Shown here one piece after another: positions 28,592 to 37,216 of a stretch of 50,231 nucleotides of DNA; position 1 is the stretch's first letter; every line of letters starts with the position of its first letter. Made by a program: the position numbers and the translations under genes. The stretch covers positions 3,278-53,508 of the forward strand of contig CAYTAN010000001.1 of NCBI GenBank assembly GCA_964435605.1. Direction: 5' to 3'. The DNA is from an uncultured Dehalococcoidia bacterium. Lineage in GTDB: Bacteria > Chloroflexota > Dehalococcoidia > Lucifugimonadales > UBA826. Below the pieces are notes generated by a model, which was not told where the DNA came from, did not search any database, and saw only the letters and a list, made by a program, of their open reading frames with translations.

Positions 28592-29305
28592 TTATCGGAA
28601 TCGCTGTCCTTCAGTCTTGATAGATTGGAGTTTCCCGTTGTTTAATTCCTTTACATCATCCGCCATTGAAAGCAGAGTTGAGTCGTGAGTTACGGTAATT
28701 ATGGTTATTTTTTGCTCTGTTACCACTTCTCTAAACAAACCAAAAATTGACTTTGAGTTATTCGAGTCTAACTCTCCTGTAGGTTCATCGGCTAAGATTA
28801 GTGGAGGCTTTACCACAATTGCCCTTGCTATCGATACGCGTTTCTGCTCACCGCCAGATAACTCATATGGCCTATGGCTTTTTCTTTTTTCCAAACCTAC
28901 GATCTCTAACGCTTCCATGGTTAGTGATGATCTGTCCTTTACTGAGTAGCCGGCAATACGAAGAGGTAACTCAACATTTTCATATGCTGACAAAAGAGGT
29001 AGTAAACCGAAAGATTGAAATACAAAACCAACCGTATGTCTTCTCAACTGTGTAAGTTCAGCATCGCTCATATTTGACAGGTTTTGTCCGTTTATAGTGA
29101 CACTACCTTTTGTGGGCGCGTCTAGTCCCGCCAACATATTCAAAAATGTAGTTTTGCCAGATCCTGATCTTCCGACAATGGCTATAAAATTTCCTTCAGA
29201 CGCCTCAAAATCTATATGGTCAAGTATGGTAATCTCTCCATCTGAAGACGGGTATGTTTTGACTAAACCGGATGTTTTGAGCAAAGCAGGATTTTCTCTA
29301 TCCAT
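28592..29305 (-). CDS. ABC transporter ATP-binding protein (MacB/LolD/FtsE-like)
   Basis: It has Walker A GRSGSGKTT, the signature LSGGEQKR, Walker B ILADEPTGELD and an H-loop VTHD. It overlaps the upstream ATPase gene by 8 nt. Confidence 0.92.
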   Translation of the reverse strand: MDRENPALLKTSGLVKTYPSSDGEITILDHIDFEASEGNFIAIVGRSGSGKTTFLNMLAGLDAPTKGSVTINGQNLSNMSDAELTQLRRHTVGFVFQSFGLLPLLSAYENVELPLRIAGYSVKDRSSLTMEALEIVGLEKRKSHRPYELSGGEQKRVSIARAIVVKPPLILADEPTGELDSNNSKSIFGLFREVVTEQKITIITVTHDSTLLSMADDVKELNNGKLQSIKTEGQRFR

Positions 29306-30191
29306 CAGTAGTTTCTGGTCCGTATATTTTGAGATGTTTATCGAATAATTCTAATTTCGCCTTGCCTGTAATGTCCAAATCTTCTAGCATGCTGACTGGT
29401 ATTTGCAATCTTCCATTAGTGTCAATAAGGGTGAATTCATCCAATTGGCGGTTTTCGGATGCTTCGCCTGATATCCGACGGTACTCGTCGTTTCTTATGA
29501 TTTCTTTGGACGTTTTACCGTCCTGTATTAAAACTACCCTTCGTACTTTGTATGCTATCTGTGGGTCATGGGTGACTATAATGATTGTGGTCCCTAATTC
29601 GCTGTTAATTTTTCCAAACAGGTCTAAAATATCTGAAGCAGTTTGATCGTCTAATTCCCCTGTTGGTTCGTCAGCCAACAGGATTGAAGGCTGATTGGCT
29701 AGTCCAACTGCTATAGCAGTTCTCTGTTGCTCCCCTCCGGACAGGTTTTCTGGGGTCTGATGAGCTCGCTCTTTCAGCCCAACAAGATCTAGTAACTCTA
29801 ATGCCGCGTTTTTTATAGATTCTCCACTTCCTAGATTATTTAGCTTCATAGGTAGTTGGACGTTCTCGAAGGCAGTTAAATATGGAAACAAGTTACGACT
29901 AGTTTGTTGCCAGACAAATCCTATTTCAGATCTCCGGTAATATTCAGCCTCTTTATCGGAGAAATGGACAAGATCTCTTCCGGTCACTTCGATAGTTCCT
30001 GCAGATGGTTTATCGTACCCTGCTAATATATTTAGGAAGGTAGTTTTCCCACTTCCACTTGCCCCAACAATGGCTACAACTTCTCCCTGGTCTATAGTGA
30101 GGTCTAGACCTCGTAGAGCAACTACCTCAAGGTCTGCAACTTTAAATATTTTGAATATGTCGGTGCAAATTATGTGCGGTACTTGTGACAT
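29298..30191 (-). CDS. ABC transporter ATP-binding protein (MacB/LolD-like) with a C-terminal extension of about 70 aa containing an AbrB/SpoVT-like motif
   Basis: It has Walker A GASGSGKTT, LSGGEQQR, LLADEPTGELD and VTHD. Beyond the NBD, residues about 252-291 read EFTLIDTNGRLQIPVSMLEDLDITGKAKLELFDKHLKIY. Confidence 0.9.
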   Translation of the reverse strand: MSQVPHIICTDIFKIFKVADLEVVALRGLDLTIDQGEVVAIVGASGSGKTTFLNILAGYDKPSAGTIEVTGRDLVHFSDKEAEYYRRSEIGFVWQQTSRNLFPYLTAFENVQLPMKLNNLGSGESIKNAALELLDLVGLKERAHQTPENLSGGEQQRTAIAVGLANQPSILLADEPTGELDDQTASDILDLFGKINSELGTTIIIVTHDPQIAYKVRRVVLIQDGKTSKEIIRNDEYRRISGEASENRQLDEFTLIDTNGRLQIPVSMLEDLDITGKAKLELFDKHLKIYGPETTDG

Positions 30192-30274
30192 TTATTAGTC
30201 ATTCACCGGGATAAGACTATTGAATTTTAGTCCAGCGTAAATTTTTTGATTGACAGGTCTGTCTTGTTCCCAGC

Positions 30275-31399
30275 TCACAACCCGATCTTTTTGGCCACTT
30301 TTTCAAGATGAAAGTTAGAGTCACCAAACATTATTTCAGCAGCTTTTGCTCTCCTAGAATAGAGTTGCATGTTGTGTTCTTTTGTAAAACCGATAGCACC
30401 ATGGGATTGATGCCCTAGCGCGCATACTCGCCTATAAGCCTCACTTACCCAAGCTTTGGCCATCGCGACTTCTCTTTCTGCTGGAAGCCCTTCCGACAAT
30501 CTCCAGGCGGCCTGGTAGGTGATAAATTTGGACCCCTCGACATCTGTTGCCATGTTGGCACAATGATGCTGTATTGCTTGAAAACTTCCGATTGGTCTAC
30601 CGAATTGAGTTCTCTGCTTGGCGTATTCTACGGTCATGTCCAAAACGCTCTGCCCACCTCCTGACATCTCAGCGCATTTACCGATCGCTCCCCACTGCAA
30701 TACTTTTTCAATTGTGGCCCAGCCTTCATTTGCTTTTCCTAGCAAAGAGTTTTCGTCAACAGAAACATTTTCGAATATTACTTCCGACTGCTTGTCTGAT
30801 GCTATGGTTTTCAAGTCTGTAAGACTAATTCCGTCAGCATTGGACGGTACGATGAACAAACTAATATCCTGTTCGTTTTCGCCTGTTCTAGCTGCCACTA
30901 CTATGAAATCTGACACATTAGCGTTTGTAACGAATAATTTAGTGCCGCTAAGAACGTACTGGTTCCCAGATTTTGTAGCCGTTAGCTCGATACCCGCAGG
31001 ATCCCATCTTGCAGAAGGTTCCGTAAGTGCTAGAGTGGTGATAATCTGACCTTCCGCTATTCTTGGCAAGTACTCTGATTTCTGCTCCTCTGTGCCGGCA
31101 TCCATTATGGACATGCCACCAAGAAGGACGGTAGAAAAATATGGACCTGGCAACATGTATCTGCCCATTTCTTCAAGTAATATTGTTAGATCCTGGAACT
31201 GTAGCTCTACTCCACCGTATTTTTCAGGGATAATTAACCCCAACCAACCCTGCTCGGCTATTTTTGACCATATTTCTGGGGTATAGCCTCGTTCATCTTC
31301 TTCCATCTCTCTGACATATGTGTCTGTGCATTCAGTCTCTAAGAATTCTTGAGCACTATTCTTAAGCATCTGTTGAGTTTCATTTAGTCCGAGGTCCAT
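30275..31399 (-). CDS. acyl-CoA dehydrogenase family protein lacking both canonical catalytic-base positions
   Basis: 374 aa with the ACAD fold pattern (YGG, middle beta domain, FGRPIGSFQAIQ). The C-terminal IMFGDSNF replaces (I)YEGT, and VLQWGAIG replaces the LDxER helix-G site. Confidence 0.88.
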   Translation of the reverse strand: MDLGLNETQQMLKNSAQEFLETECTDTYVREMEEDERGYTPEIWSKIAEQGWLGLIIPEKYGGVELQFQDLTILLEEMGRYMLPGPYFSTVLLGGMSIMDAGTEEQKSEYLPRIAEGQIITTLALTEPSARWDPAGIELTATKSGNQYVLSGTKLFVTNANVSDFIVVAARTGENEQDISLFIVPSNADGISLTDLKTIASDKQSEVIFENVSVDENSLLGKANEGWATIEKVLQWGAIGKCAEMSGGGQSVLDMTVEYAKQRTQFGRPIGSFQAIQHHCANMATDVEGSKFITYQAAWRLSEGLPAEREVAMAKAWVSEAYRRVCALGHQSHGAIGFTKEHNMQLYSRRAKAAEIMFGDSNFHLEKVAKKIGL

Positions 31400-31441
31400 T
31401 GATGTCGTCTCCTAATGTGGTGGGTTCTTCCCGTTTACTTG

Positions 31442-32617
31442 CTATCCTCGTGGCAATCCAAGGCCACGTGTAGCGATCACGTTTCTCTGTATTTCTGATG
31501 TTCCGGCCGCAACCATCCCGCCAAAAGAGCGCAGGTATGCATTTTCTATACGACCTCCCAATGGAGCCCATTTCGAGCCGGGGTCAAGCTGCCCAAATGG
31601 GCCCATAATTTTTACCCCCAGCCCGTATAACCGATTGAGCATTTCAGTTCCGTATGCTTTAGTTATAGATGCTTCTTTATTGGGTATCATGTCCTGGCTT
31701 TGCATCCATGCGACGTTGTAGCACATTAATCTAACAGCCTCAATTTGTACCGCCAGTTCCGATAGTTCATTTTTAATTACTGGATCGTCAGCCAGTAGCC
31801 GGCCATTTTTTTTGTTCTCCTTGCAGAAATTAACCAAATCCTCAAGGACTCTTTTTGCTCTTGCAGGGCGGTCAACCCCAGAACGTTCAAAGTCCAATAG
31901 GGCCGCTCCGACATACCATCCTCTGTCCTGCTCTCCTACCAGATTCTTTTTAGGTACCCTGACATTATCAAATGTAACCAGGCCGCGATATGCGTCCCAC
32001 ATCATGGGTATCTTTTCTACAGTAACCCCGTCTGTGCCGTCCAACTCTGTTAGCAAAAAGCTGATTCCGCGATGTTTAGGCGCATCTGGATCTGTTCGAG
32101 CCAACATGAACATCCAGTCTGAGTCTGCGTGGGCCGAATTCCAAATTTTTGAACCTGTCACCACAAAGTCGTCTCCGTCTTCCACGGCTCTAGTTTGCAA
32201 AGACGCTAAGTCCGAACCAGAGTCTGGTTCAGAATATCCCTGAGACCAGTTGATCTCAGCTCCAGCTATCTTAGGTAGAAATTCTCTTTTTTGCTCGTCA
32301 GTACCGTAAAGCATGAGAATGGGACCTACCATACGGATCCCTGCGTCACCGGCAGGTATACCCCTGTAGGCCATCTCTTCGTTAAAAACGACTTGCCTCA
32401 TATGGCTCGCTGCCTGGCCACCATATTCCTCAGGCCATGCCATGGTCAGCCACCCTTTCTCTCCCAGTTGTTTTTTGAACTGACGGACCAGAATGGAATC
32501 TTTCTCATCTTCAGGGTCTAGGTCTTCCTGAGACCATTTCCAAGGTAATTCTTTGTCTACAAAATTTACAATTTCTGATCGAAAGTCCTCATCTACAGAT
32601 TCGAATCTAAAATCCAT
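31442..32617 (-). CDS. acyl-CoA dehydrogenase (IVD/LCAD-type catalytic Glu position)
   Basis: 391 aa with WPEEYGGQ, CQ/SQGYSEPxSGSD, LLDFERSG and AAGTSEIQRNVIATRGLGLPRG. Confidence 0.9.
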   Translation of the reverse strand: MDFRFESVDEDFRSEIVNFVDKELPWKWSQEDLDPEDEKDSILVRQFKKQLGEKGWLTMAWPEEYGGQAASHMRQVVFNEEMAYRGIPAGDAGIRMVGPILMLYGTDEQKREFLPKIAGAEINWSQGYSEPDSGSDLASLQTRAVEDGDDFVVTGSKIWNSAHADSDWMFMLARTDPDAPKHRGISFLLTELDGTDGVTVEKIPMMWDAYRGLVTFDNVRVPKKNLVGEQDRGWYVGAALLDFERSGVDRPARAKRVLEDLVNFCKENKKNGRLLADDPVIKNELSELAVQIEAVRLMCYNVAWMQSQDMIPNKEASITKAYGTEMLNRLYGLGVKIMGPFGQLDPGSKWAPLGGRIENAYLRSFGGMVAAGTSEIQRNVIATRGLGLPRG

Positions 32618-32644
32618 ACTTATCTATCCTTAAATTTGTGACTA

Positions 32645-33817
32645 CTATCCTCTGGGTAATCCAAGCCCTCTTGTAGCGATTATATTCCTCTGGATTTCTG
32701 ACGTTCCGGCTGCGATAGTTTCCGAGACGTTGCTAAGGTACATATGATTTATCCGACCTTCTAATGCGGCGTGTTTTGAGCCTGGAGCTAATTGCCCATG
32801 TAACCCCAGCATTTGCATACCCACCTGGCTGATATGCTGTTGTAACTCTGTACCAAAAACCTTTCCCATAGATGATTCCTTGTTCGGTACGAGACCCTCA
32901 CTTTGCATCCATGCTATGTTATAAGAAATTAACCTGCTTACATCGACCTCGATAGCTAGATCGGCCAGCCTGTTTCTGACAACTTCATTATCAGCAAGCA
33001 ATTTGCCGTTGAGGCTATTTGATTTGGAATAGTCTGTAAGTTCTTCTAAAGTTTTACGGGCTCCTGCAGAATAATCTACACCTGATCTTTCAAAATCCAA
33101 TAATGTTGCCCCAACATACCATCCTCTGTCCTGTTCCCCAACCAAGTTTTTTTTGGGAACTCTGACATTGTCGAATGTAATCATATTAAAGTTATGGTCA
33201 CCAGCCATGTTTACGATTGGGTTGACCGTTAGGCCTGGGGTATTCATGTCGCAAAGTAGGAAACTTATACCTCTGTGTTTTGGGGCATCTGGATCTGTTC
33301 TCGTGAGAACCATGATGTGATCCGCTCTATGGGCACCGGATGTCCATATCTTTGTACCATTTATTACAAAGTCGTCCCCGTCTTCCACGGCCCTAGTTTG
33401 AAGTGAAGCTAGGTCTGAACCAGATTCAGGTTCCGAGTAACCTTGACACCACTGTACTTCCCCTTTTGATACCGGAGGTAAGAATTCTCTTTTTTGTTCC
33501 TCTGTTCCATGTATCATCAAGGTGGGAGCCATCATTCGAGTGCCAAAAATGTCTCTGCCCGGAGCCCTGTTATATGACATTTCCTCAGCAAATATGACCT
33601 GCATCATATGTGATGCGTTTTGGCCCCCATACTCTTCGGGCCATGCCATAGTCAGCCAACCCTTTTGGGATAGTTTCTGTCGCATGTCAAGAGTAAACTT
33701 CCAGTTTTCGTCAGGATCTTCTCTTTGAAAATCAGAAACATTTGCTAATTCATTCGTTAACCAGGAGGACAGTTCAGACCGAAAAGTTTCCTCTTCATCA
33801 GTAAATTTAAAATCCAT
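32645..33817 (-). CDS. acyl-CoA dehydrogenase (tandem paralog of 31442-32617)
   Basis: 390 aa with the same motif set (WPEEYGGQ, LLDFERSG, AAGTSEIQRNIIATRGLGLPRG). Long runs of DNA-level similarity to the neighbouring gene are visible. Confidence 0.9.
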   Translation of the reverse strand: MDFKFTDEEETFRSELSSWLTNELANVSDFQREDPDENWKFTLDMRQKLSQKGWLTMAWPEEYGGQNASHMMQVIFAEEMSYNRAPGRDIFGTRMMAPTLMIHGTEEQKREFLPPVSKGEVQWCQGYSEPESGSDLASLQTRAVEDGDDFVINGTKIWTSGAHRADHIMVLTRTDPDAPKHRGISFLLCDMNTPGLTVNPIVNMAGDHNFNMITFDNVRVPKKNLVGEQDRGWYVGATLLDFERSGVDYSAGARKTLEELTDYSKSNSLNGKLLADNEVVRNRLADLAIEVDVSRLISYNIAWMQSEGLVPNKESSMGKVFGTELQQHISQVGMQMLGLHGQLAPGSKHAALEGRINHMYLSNVSETIAAGTSEIQRNIIATRGLGLPRG

Positions 33818-33863
33818 TTTTGCCCTTTATTTCTGATTCTTTTTGCTGCGCTAGTTCGTTTTC

Positions 33864-34097
33864 TCAGTTAAGCGAAAGACAAGTAACTGTCCTAACGATC
33901 CCGGGTATTGTGTGAATGTCGTTAGTCACAAGTTCCCCGACCGAATTTAGGTCCTTTGAGGACACTATGGCGATAATGTCATATGGGCCGGTAACGGCGT
34001 CAACGTTCACTACGTCAGGTAGGTCGGTCAATACTTCAGATACGTCCGTACTTTTACCAACTGTGGTCTCGATCAATATGTATGCTTTCGTTGCCAT
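33864..34097 (-). CDS. stand-alone Lrp/AsnC ligand-binding (RAM) domain protein, no HTH
   Basis: 77 aa. The pattern AYILIETTVGKSTDV...LPDVVNVDAVTGPYDIIAIV...IPGIVRTVTCL matches the C-terminal effector domain of Lrp/AsnC regulators. There is no room for a DNA-binding domain. Confidence 0.75.
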   Translation of the reverse strand: MATKAYILIETTVGKSTDVSEVLTDLPDVVNVDAVTGPYDIIAIVSSKDLNSVGELVTNDIHTIPGIVRTVTCLSLN

Positions 34098-34370
34098 GTA
34101 AATAATCCTCGTACTTGGCTTGGAAGGATACTAACATCATTGACTTGTCCACCTGAAGTAGTAATCCCTTTTAATATCCGTACTGCGCAGGGTGATTTTA
34201 TTTTGGGTTTGCAAATAGTGTCAAACCTCTGGAGGCGAAGAGTTCTGACGTCATACGTTTATACGCTGGAGATTGGCCTTTAAAATTTTGTCTTTACTAT
34301 TAAATTATTGTCGTTAGAGAAGTAGTGATACCATGCAGATAGATTTTATCAGGCTACAAGGAGATTCAAA

Positions 34371-34844
34371 GTGAGTGATGGAGCTATGTTTAGGAGAGCT
34401 TGGGGCAGTTTTGCTACGGGAGTCTCTTTGATAACCACTTTGGAAAAAGACGGGTCCACTCATGGGATGACTGCAAATGGAATAGCTTCTGTATCTTTGG
34501 AACCTATGTTGGTTATGGTGTGTGTCGGCCACAACGCTAATACCTTCCCTATAATAGAGGAGACTGGACGATACGGGATTAATATACTCAGTGAGAGTCA
34601 AAGAGATATCGGAGAGTTTTACGCGTCCTCGGCCAATCAGGGCAGTGAGAAATTTGAGTCAGATTTCACCACATCTAAGACAGGTATCCCCTTTGTCAAT
34701 AATGCTCTCGCGTCAATGGATTGTAAAGTTGTCAATGCCCACAGAGAGGGTGATCACACTATATTCATTGGATCTGTCGAGGAGATTCAGGTCAACGAAG
34801 GCAAACCATTATTGTTTTTTGCTAGTAAGTGGATGACCTTATAA
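34371..34844 (+). CDS. flavin reductase family protein
   Basis: 157 aa with a GTG start preceded by AAGGAGA. It has the typical FRRAWGSFATGVSLITT...GMTANGIASVSLEPMLV motifs. Confidence 0.85.
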   Translation: MSDGAMFRRAWGSFATGVSLITTLEKDGSTHGMTANGIASVSLEPMLVMVCVGHNANTFPIIEETGRYGINILSESQRDIGEFYASSANQGSEKFESDFTTSKTGIPFVNNALASMDCKVVNAHREGDHTIFIGSVEEIQVNEGKPLLFFASKWMTL

Positions 34845-34926
34845 TTTAAAGCAGAAATGATGGATATTTCAGCGGCCGTATTTTATGCGTTTTTTGCTTA
34901 AGTAGCTGGAGATTAGCATGCCAATG

Positions 34927-34956
34927 TTGACAAGGAATTTTTTGCTCCTTTAAAAT
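34927..34956 (+). promoter_or_regulatory. putative sigma70-type promoter of groES-groEL
   Basis: TTGACA (34927-34932), an 18-nt spacer, then TAAAAT (34951-34956), about 105 nt upstream of groES. Confidence 0.5.
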
Positions 34957-35061
34957 ACTTTGGCCCTATCTTTCAAAGAGTGCGCCCAGAATGGATGGAA
35001 CGCCTTTATCAGATAAAGGGAAAAGATGGTATTAATCAAGGAATTAATTTAGGAGGTAACC

Positions 35062-35361
35062 ATGACTACAAAAGTTGGGTTTAAGCCTTTGGGAAATCGA
35101 GTGGTAGTCGAACCCCAGGAAGGGGATGAACAGATGAGTTCTGGCGGAATATATATTCCAGACACTGCGAAAGAAAAACCCCAAGAGGGAACCGTTGTGG
35201 CTGTTGGGCCGGGCCGATTAACGGATGAAGGTAACAGGGTCCCAATGGACGTCGCTGTTGGGGATACGGTCGTTTACTCCAAGTACGCTGGCACAGAGTA
35301 CAAGGAAGGGGAAATCGAATATTTAGTGTTGCGCGACGACGATATTCTTTTCAAGAAATAG
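35062..35361 (+). CDS. groES: co-chaperonin GroES
   Basis: 99 aa with KPLGNRVVVEP...GGIYIPDTAKEKPQEGTVVAVGPG. AGGAGG RBS lies upstream. Confidence 0.97.
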   Translation: MTTKVGFKPLGNRVVVEPQEGDEQMSSGGIYIPDTAKEKPQEGTVVAVGPGRLTDEGNRVPMDVAVGDTVVYSKYAGTEYKEGEIEYLVLRDDDILFKK

Positions 35362-35398
35362 TTTCAGGGTTTTTAAAAAAAATGTTTAGGAGCGAGTA

Positions 35399-37009
35399 AT
35401 GGCTAAGCAGCTTACTTTCAGTGAAGAAGCAAGAGCAGCTATGAAACGTGGAATTGACACCATGGCAGATACTGTCGGCGTCACCTTAGGGCCACGTGGA
35501 AGAAATGTTGTTCTTGATAAGAAATTTGGTCCGCCACAAGTATGTAGTGATGGTGTCACCATAGCAAAGGAAATAGAATTAGAGGATTCCTTCGAAAATA
35601 TGGGTGCCCAGCTTCTCAAAGAGGCTGCCAGCAAAACCAATGATGTTGCGGGGGATGGTACTACAACAGCGACGGTTTTAGCCCAAGCAATAATCCATGA
35701 AGGGTTTAAAAACATAGCGGCTGGTGCGAATCCGATGGCTATAAAAAGGGGTATAGATAAAGCAGTTGACACGCTGCGGAACTCAGTGCAAGAAATGGCC
35801 AACCCGGTAGAAGGACGAGTCCAGATAGGCCAGGTGGCATCTCTATCAGCCCACGACGACGAAATGGGTAACTTGATTGCGGACGTAATGGAAAAGGTCG
35901 GTAAAGACGGAGTAATCACTGTAGAAGAATCTAAAGGCCTGGATTACGAGCAAGAGTTCGTTGAAGGCATGCAGATCGATCGAGGGTATATTTCTCCTTA
36001 TTTCATTAGTGACCAAGATCGGATGGAGTCTGCCATAGAGGACCCATACATACTCATAACCGACAAGAAAGTGTCTGCTGTGAGCGATTTACTGCCAGCC
36101 TTGGAGAAAGTTCTTCAGATTGGTAAAAACGTAGTGATCATTGCTGAAGATATCGAGGGCGAGGCACTAGCCACATTGGTGGTTAACAAACTTAGAGGAA
36201 CTTTGAACGTGCTTGGCGTAAAAGCCCCAGGATTCGGCGATAGAAGAAAGGCTATGCTTGAAGATATGGCTATCCTTACCGGCGGGGTTGTAATAAGTGA
36301 AGAGGTTGGTAGAAAGTTAGATTCAGTGACTGTAGAAGATCTCGGACGGGCCCGACGTGTTGTTGCTAGCAAAGAAGAAACCACTTTTGTTGAAGGGCAT
36401 GGAGAAGATGGGCAGATCTCGGGACGAATAAATCAGATTCGAGCCCAAATAGAAGAAACCACTTCCGATTTTGACAGAGAAAAACTTCAGGAGAGGCTGG
36501 CCAAGTTGTCGGGTGGAGTAGCGATCATAAAGGTTGGAGCTGCAACAGAGGTTGAGCTCAAAGAAAAGAAGAATAGGGTCGAGGACGCCCTATCCGCTAC
36601 AAGGGCAGCTGTTGAAGAAGGTATTGTACCTGGAGGCGGATTAGCGTTGATTAGAGCTAGACAGGCACTAGATTCATTGAATTTAGATGGGGATGAACAA
36701 ACAGGTATCAATATCCTCAGAGCTGCCTTGGTAAAGCCTCTCATGCTTATATCAGAGAACACAGGTGTTTCCGGAGAAGTTATTCTTGCTGAGACCCTGA
36801 AAGGTGATGGAGATTATGGATATGATGCTGAGACTGGTCAGTACGGAAACTTACTAGAACAGGGGATAATGGACCCAGCCAAGGTTACAAGAGCCGCCAT
36901 AGAAAACGCATCTAGCGTTGCGGCCATGGTACTTACAACTGAGTCATTAATCAGTGATATTCCGCAGCCTGAACCTGCAGCACCTGCAATGCCTCCAATG
37001 GACTATTAG
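35399..37009 (+). CDS. groEL: chaperonin GroEL
   Basis: 536 aa with [25 protein letters not shown] and [10 protein letters not shown] motifs. The C-terminus is PAMPPMDY rather than a GGM repeat. Confidence 0.98.
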   Translation: MAKQLTFSEEARAAMKRGIDTMADTVGVTLGPRGRNVVLDKKFGPPQVCSDGVTIAKEIELEDSFENMGAQLLKEAASKTNDVAGDGTTTATVLAQAIIHEGFKNIAAGANPMAIKRGIDKAVDTLRNSVQEMANPVEGRVQIGQVASLSAHDDEMGNLIADVMEKVGKDGVITVEESKGLDYEQEFVEGMQIDRGYISPYFISDQDRMESAIEDPYILITDKKVSAVSDLLPALEKVLQIGKNVVIIAEDIEGEALATLVVNKLRGTLNVLGVKAPGFGDRRKAMLEDMAILTGGVVISEEVGRKLDSVTVEDLGRARRVVASKEETTFVEGHGEDGQISGRINQIRAQIEETTSDFDREKLQERLAKLSGGVAIIKVGAATEVELKEKKNRVEDALSATRAAVEEGIVPGGGLALIRARQALDSLNLDGDEQTGINILRAALVKPLMLISENTGVSGEVILAETLKGDGDYGYDAETGQYGNLLEQGIMDPAKVTRAAIENASSVAAMVLTTESLISDIPQPEPAAPAMPPMDY

Positions 37010-37030
37010 AGGTTAGAATATAGGCTCAAT

Positions 37031-37065
37031 AAAATCCCCTGCCATTATGGCAGGGGATTTTTTTT
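37031..37065 (+). terminator. rho-independent terminator of groESL
   Basis: AAAATCCCCTGCC/attat/GGCAGGGGATTTT forms a perfect 13-bp stem running into a T8 tract, 22 nt after the groEL stop. Confidence 0.85.
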
Positions 37066-37216
37066 GTCCCATTTATAAAAGATCATCTGAAATTGTTAAC
37101 GACCGCCTTGCTAAGTGACCTTGTTGTGTGTCTATAATCAGTTCATCCTTTGAGCTTAGATGGGTTGGGTAGCCCATATATAGCCCTTAAGCGAAATAAC
37201 CTTCAGGATTAGTTTA

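Noticed and set aside
34098-34370. Short palindromes in the divergent control region (TGACGTCA, ATACG-TTT-ATACG)
   Set aside because: These are 5-8 bp elements expected by chance in 273 bp of AT-rich DNA. No longer dyad or repeated operator pattern supports a call.
34960-34986. CIRCE-like element (HrcA operator) between the groES promoter and the start codon: TTGGCCCTA-N9-GAGTGCGCC
   Set aside because: It has the right 9-9-9 architecture and position. However, each half matches the TTAGCACTC/GAGTGCTAA consensus at only 6 of 9 positions, and the two arms are poorly complementary to each other (about 4 of 9). That is too weak to call without knowing whether the genome has hrcA.
35386-35919. 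177-aa ORF antisense to groEL
   Set aside because: It lies entirely inside, and antisense to, a highly conserved gene. It has a low-complexity Ala/Ser/Pro-rich translation and no RBS, which is typical of a shadow ORF.
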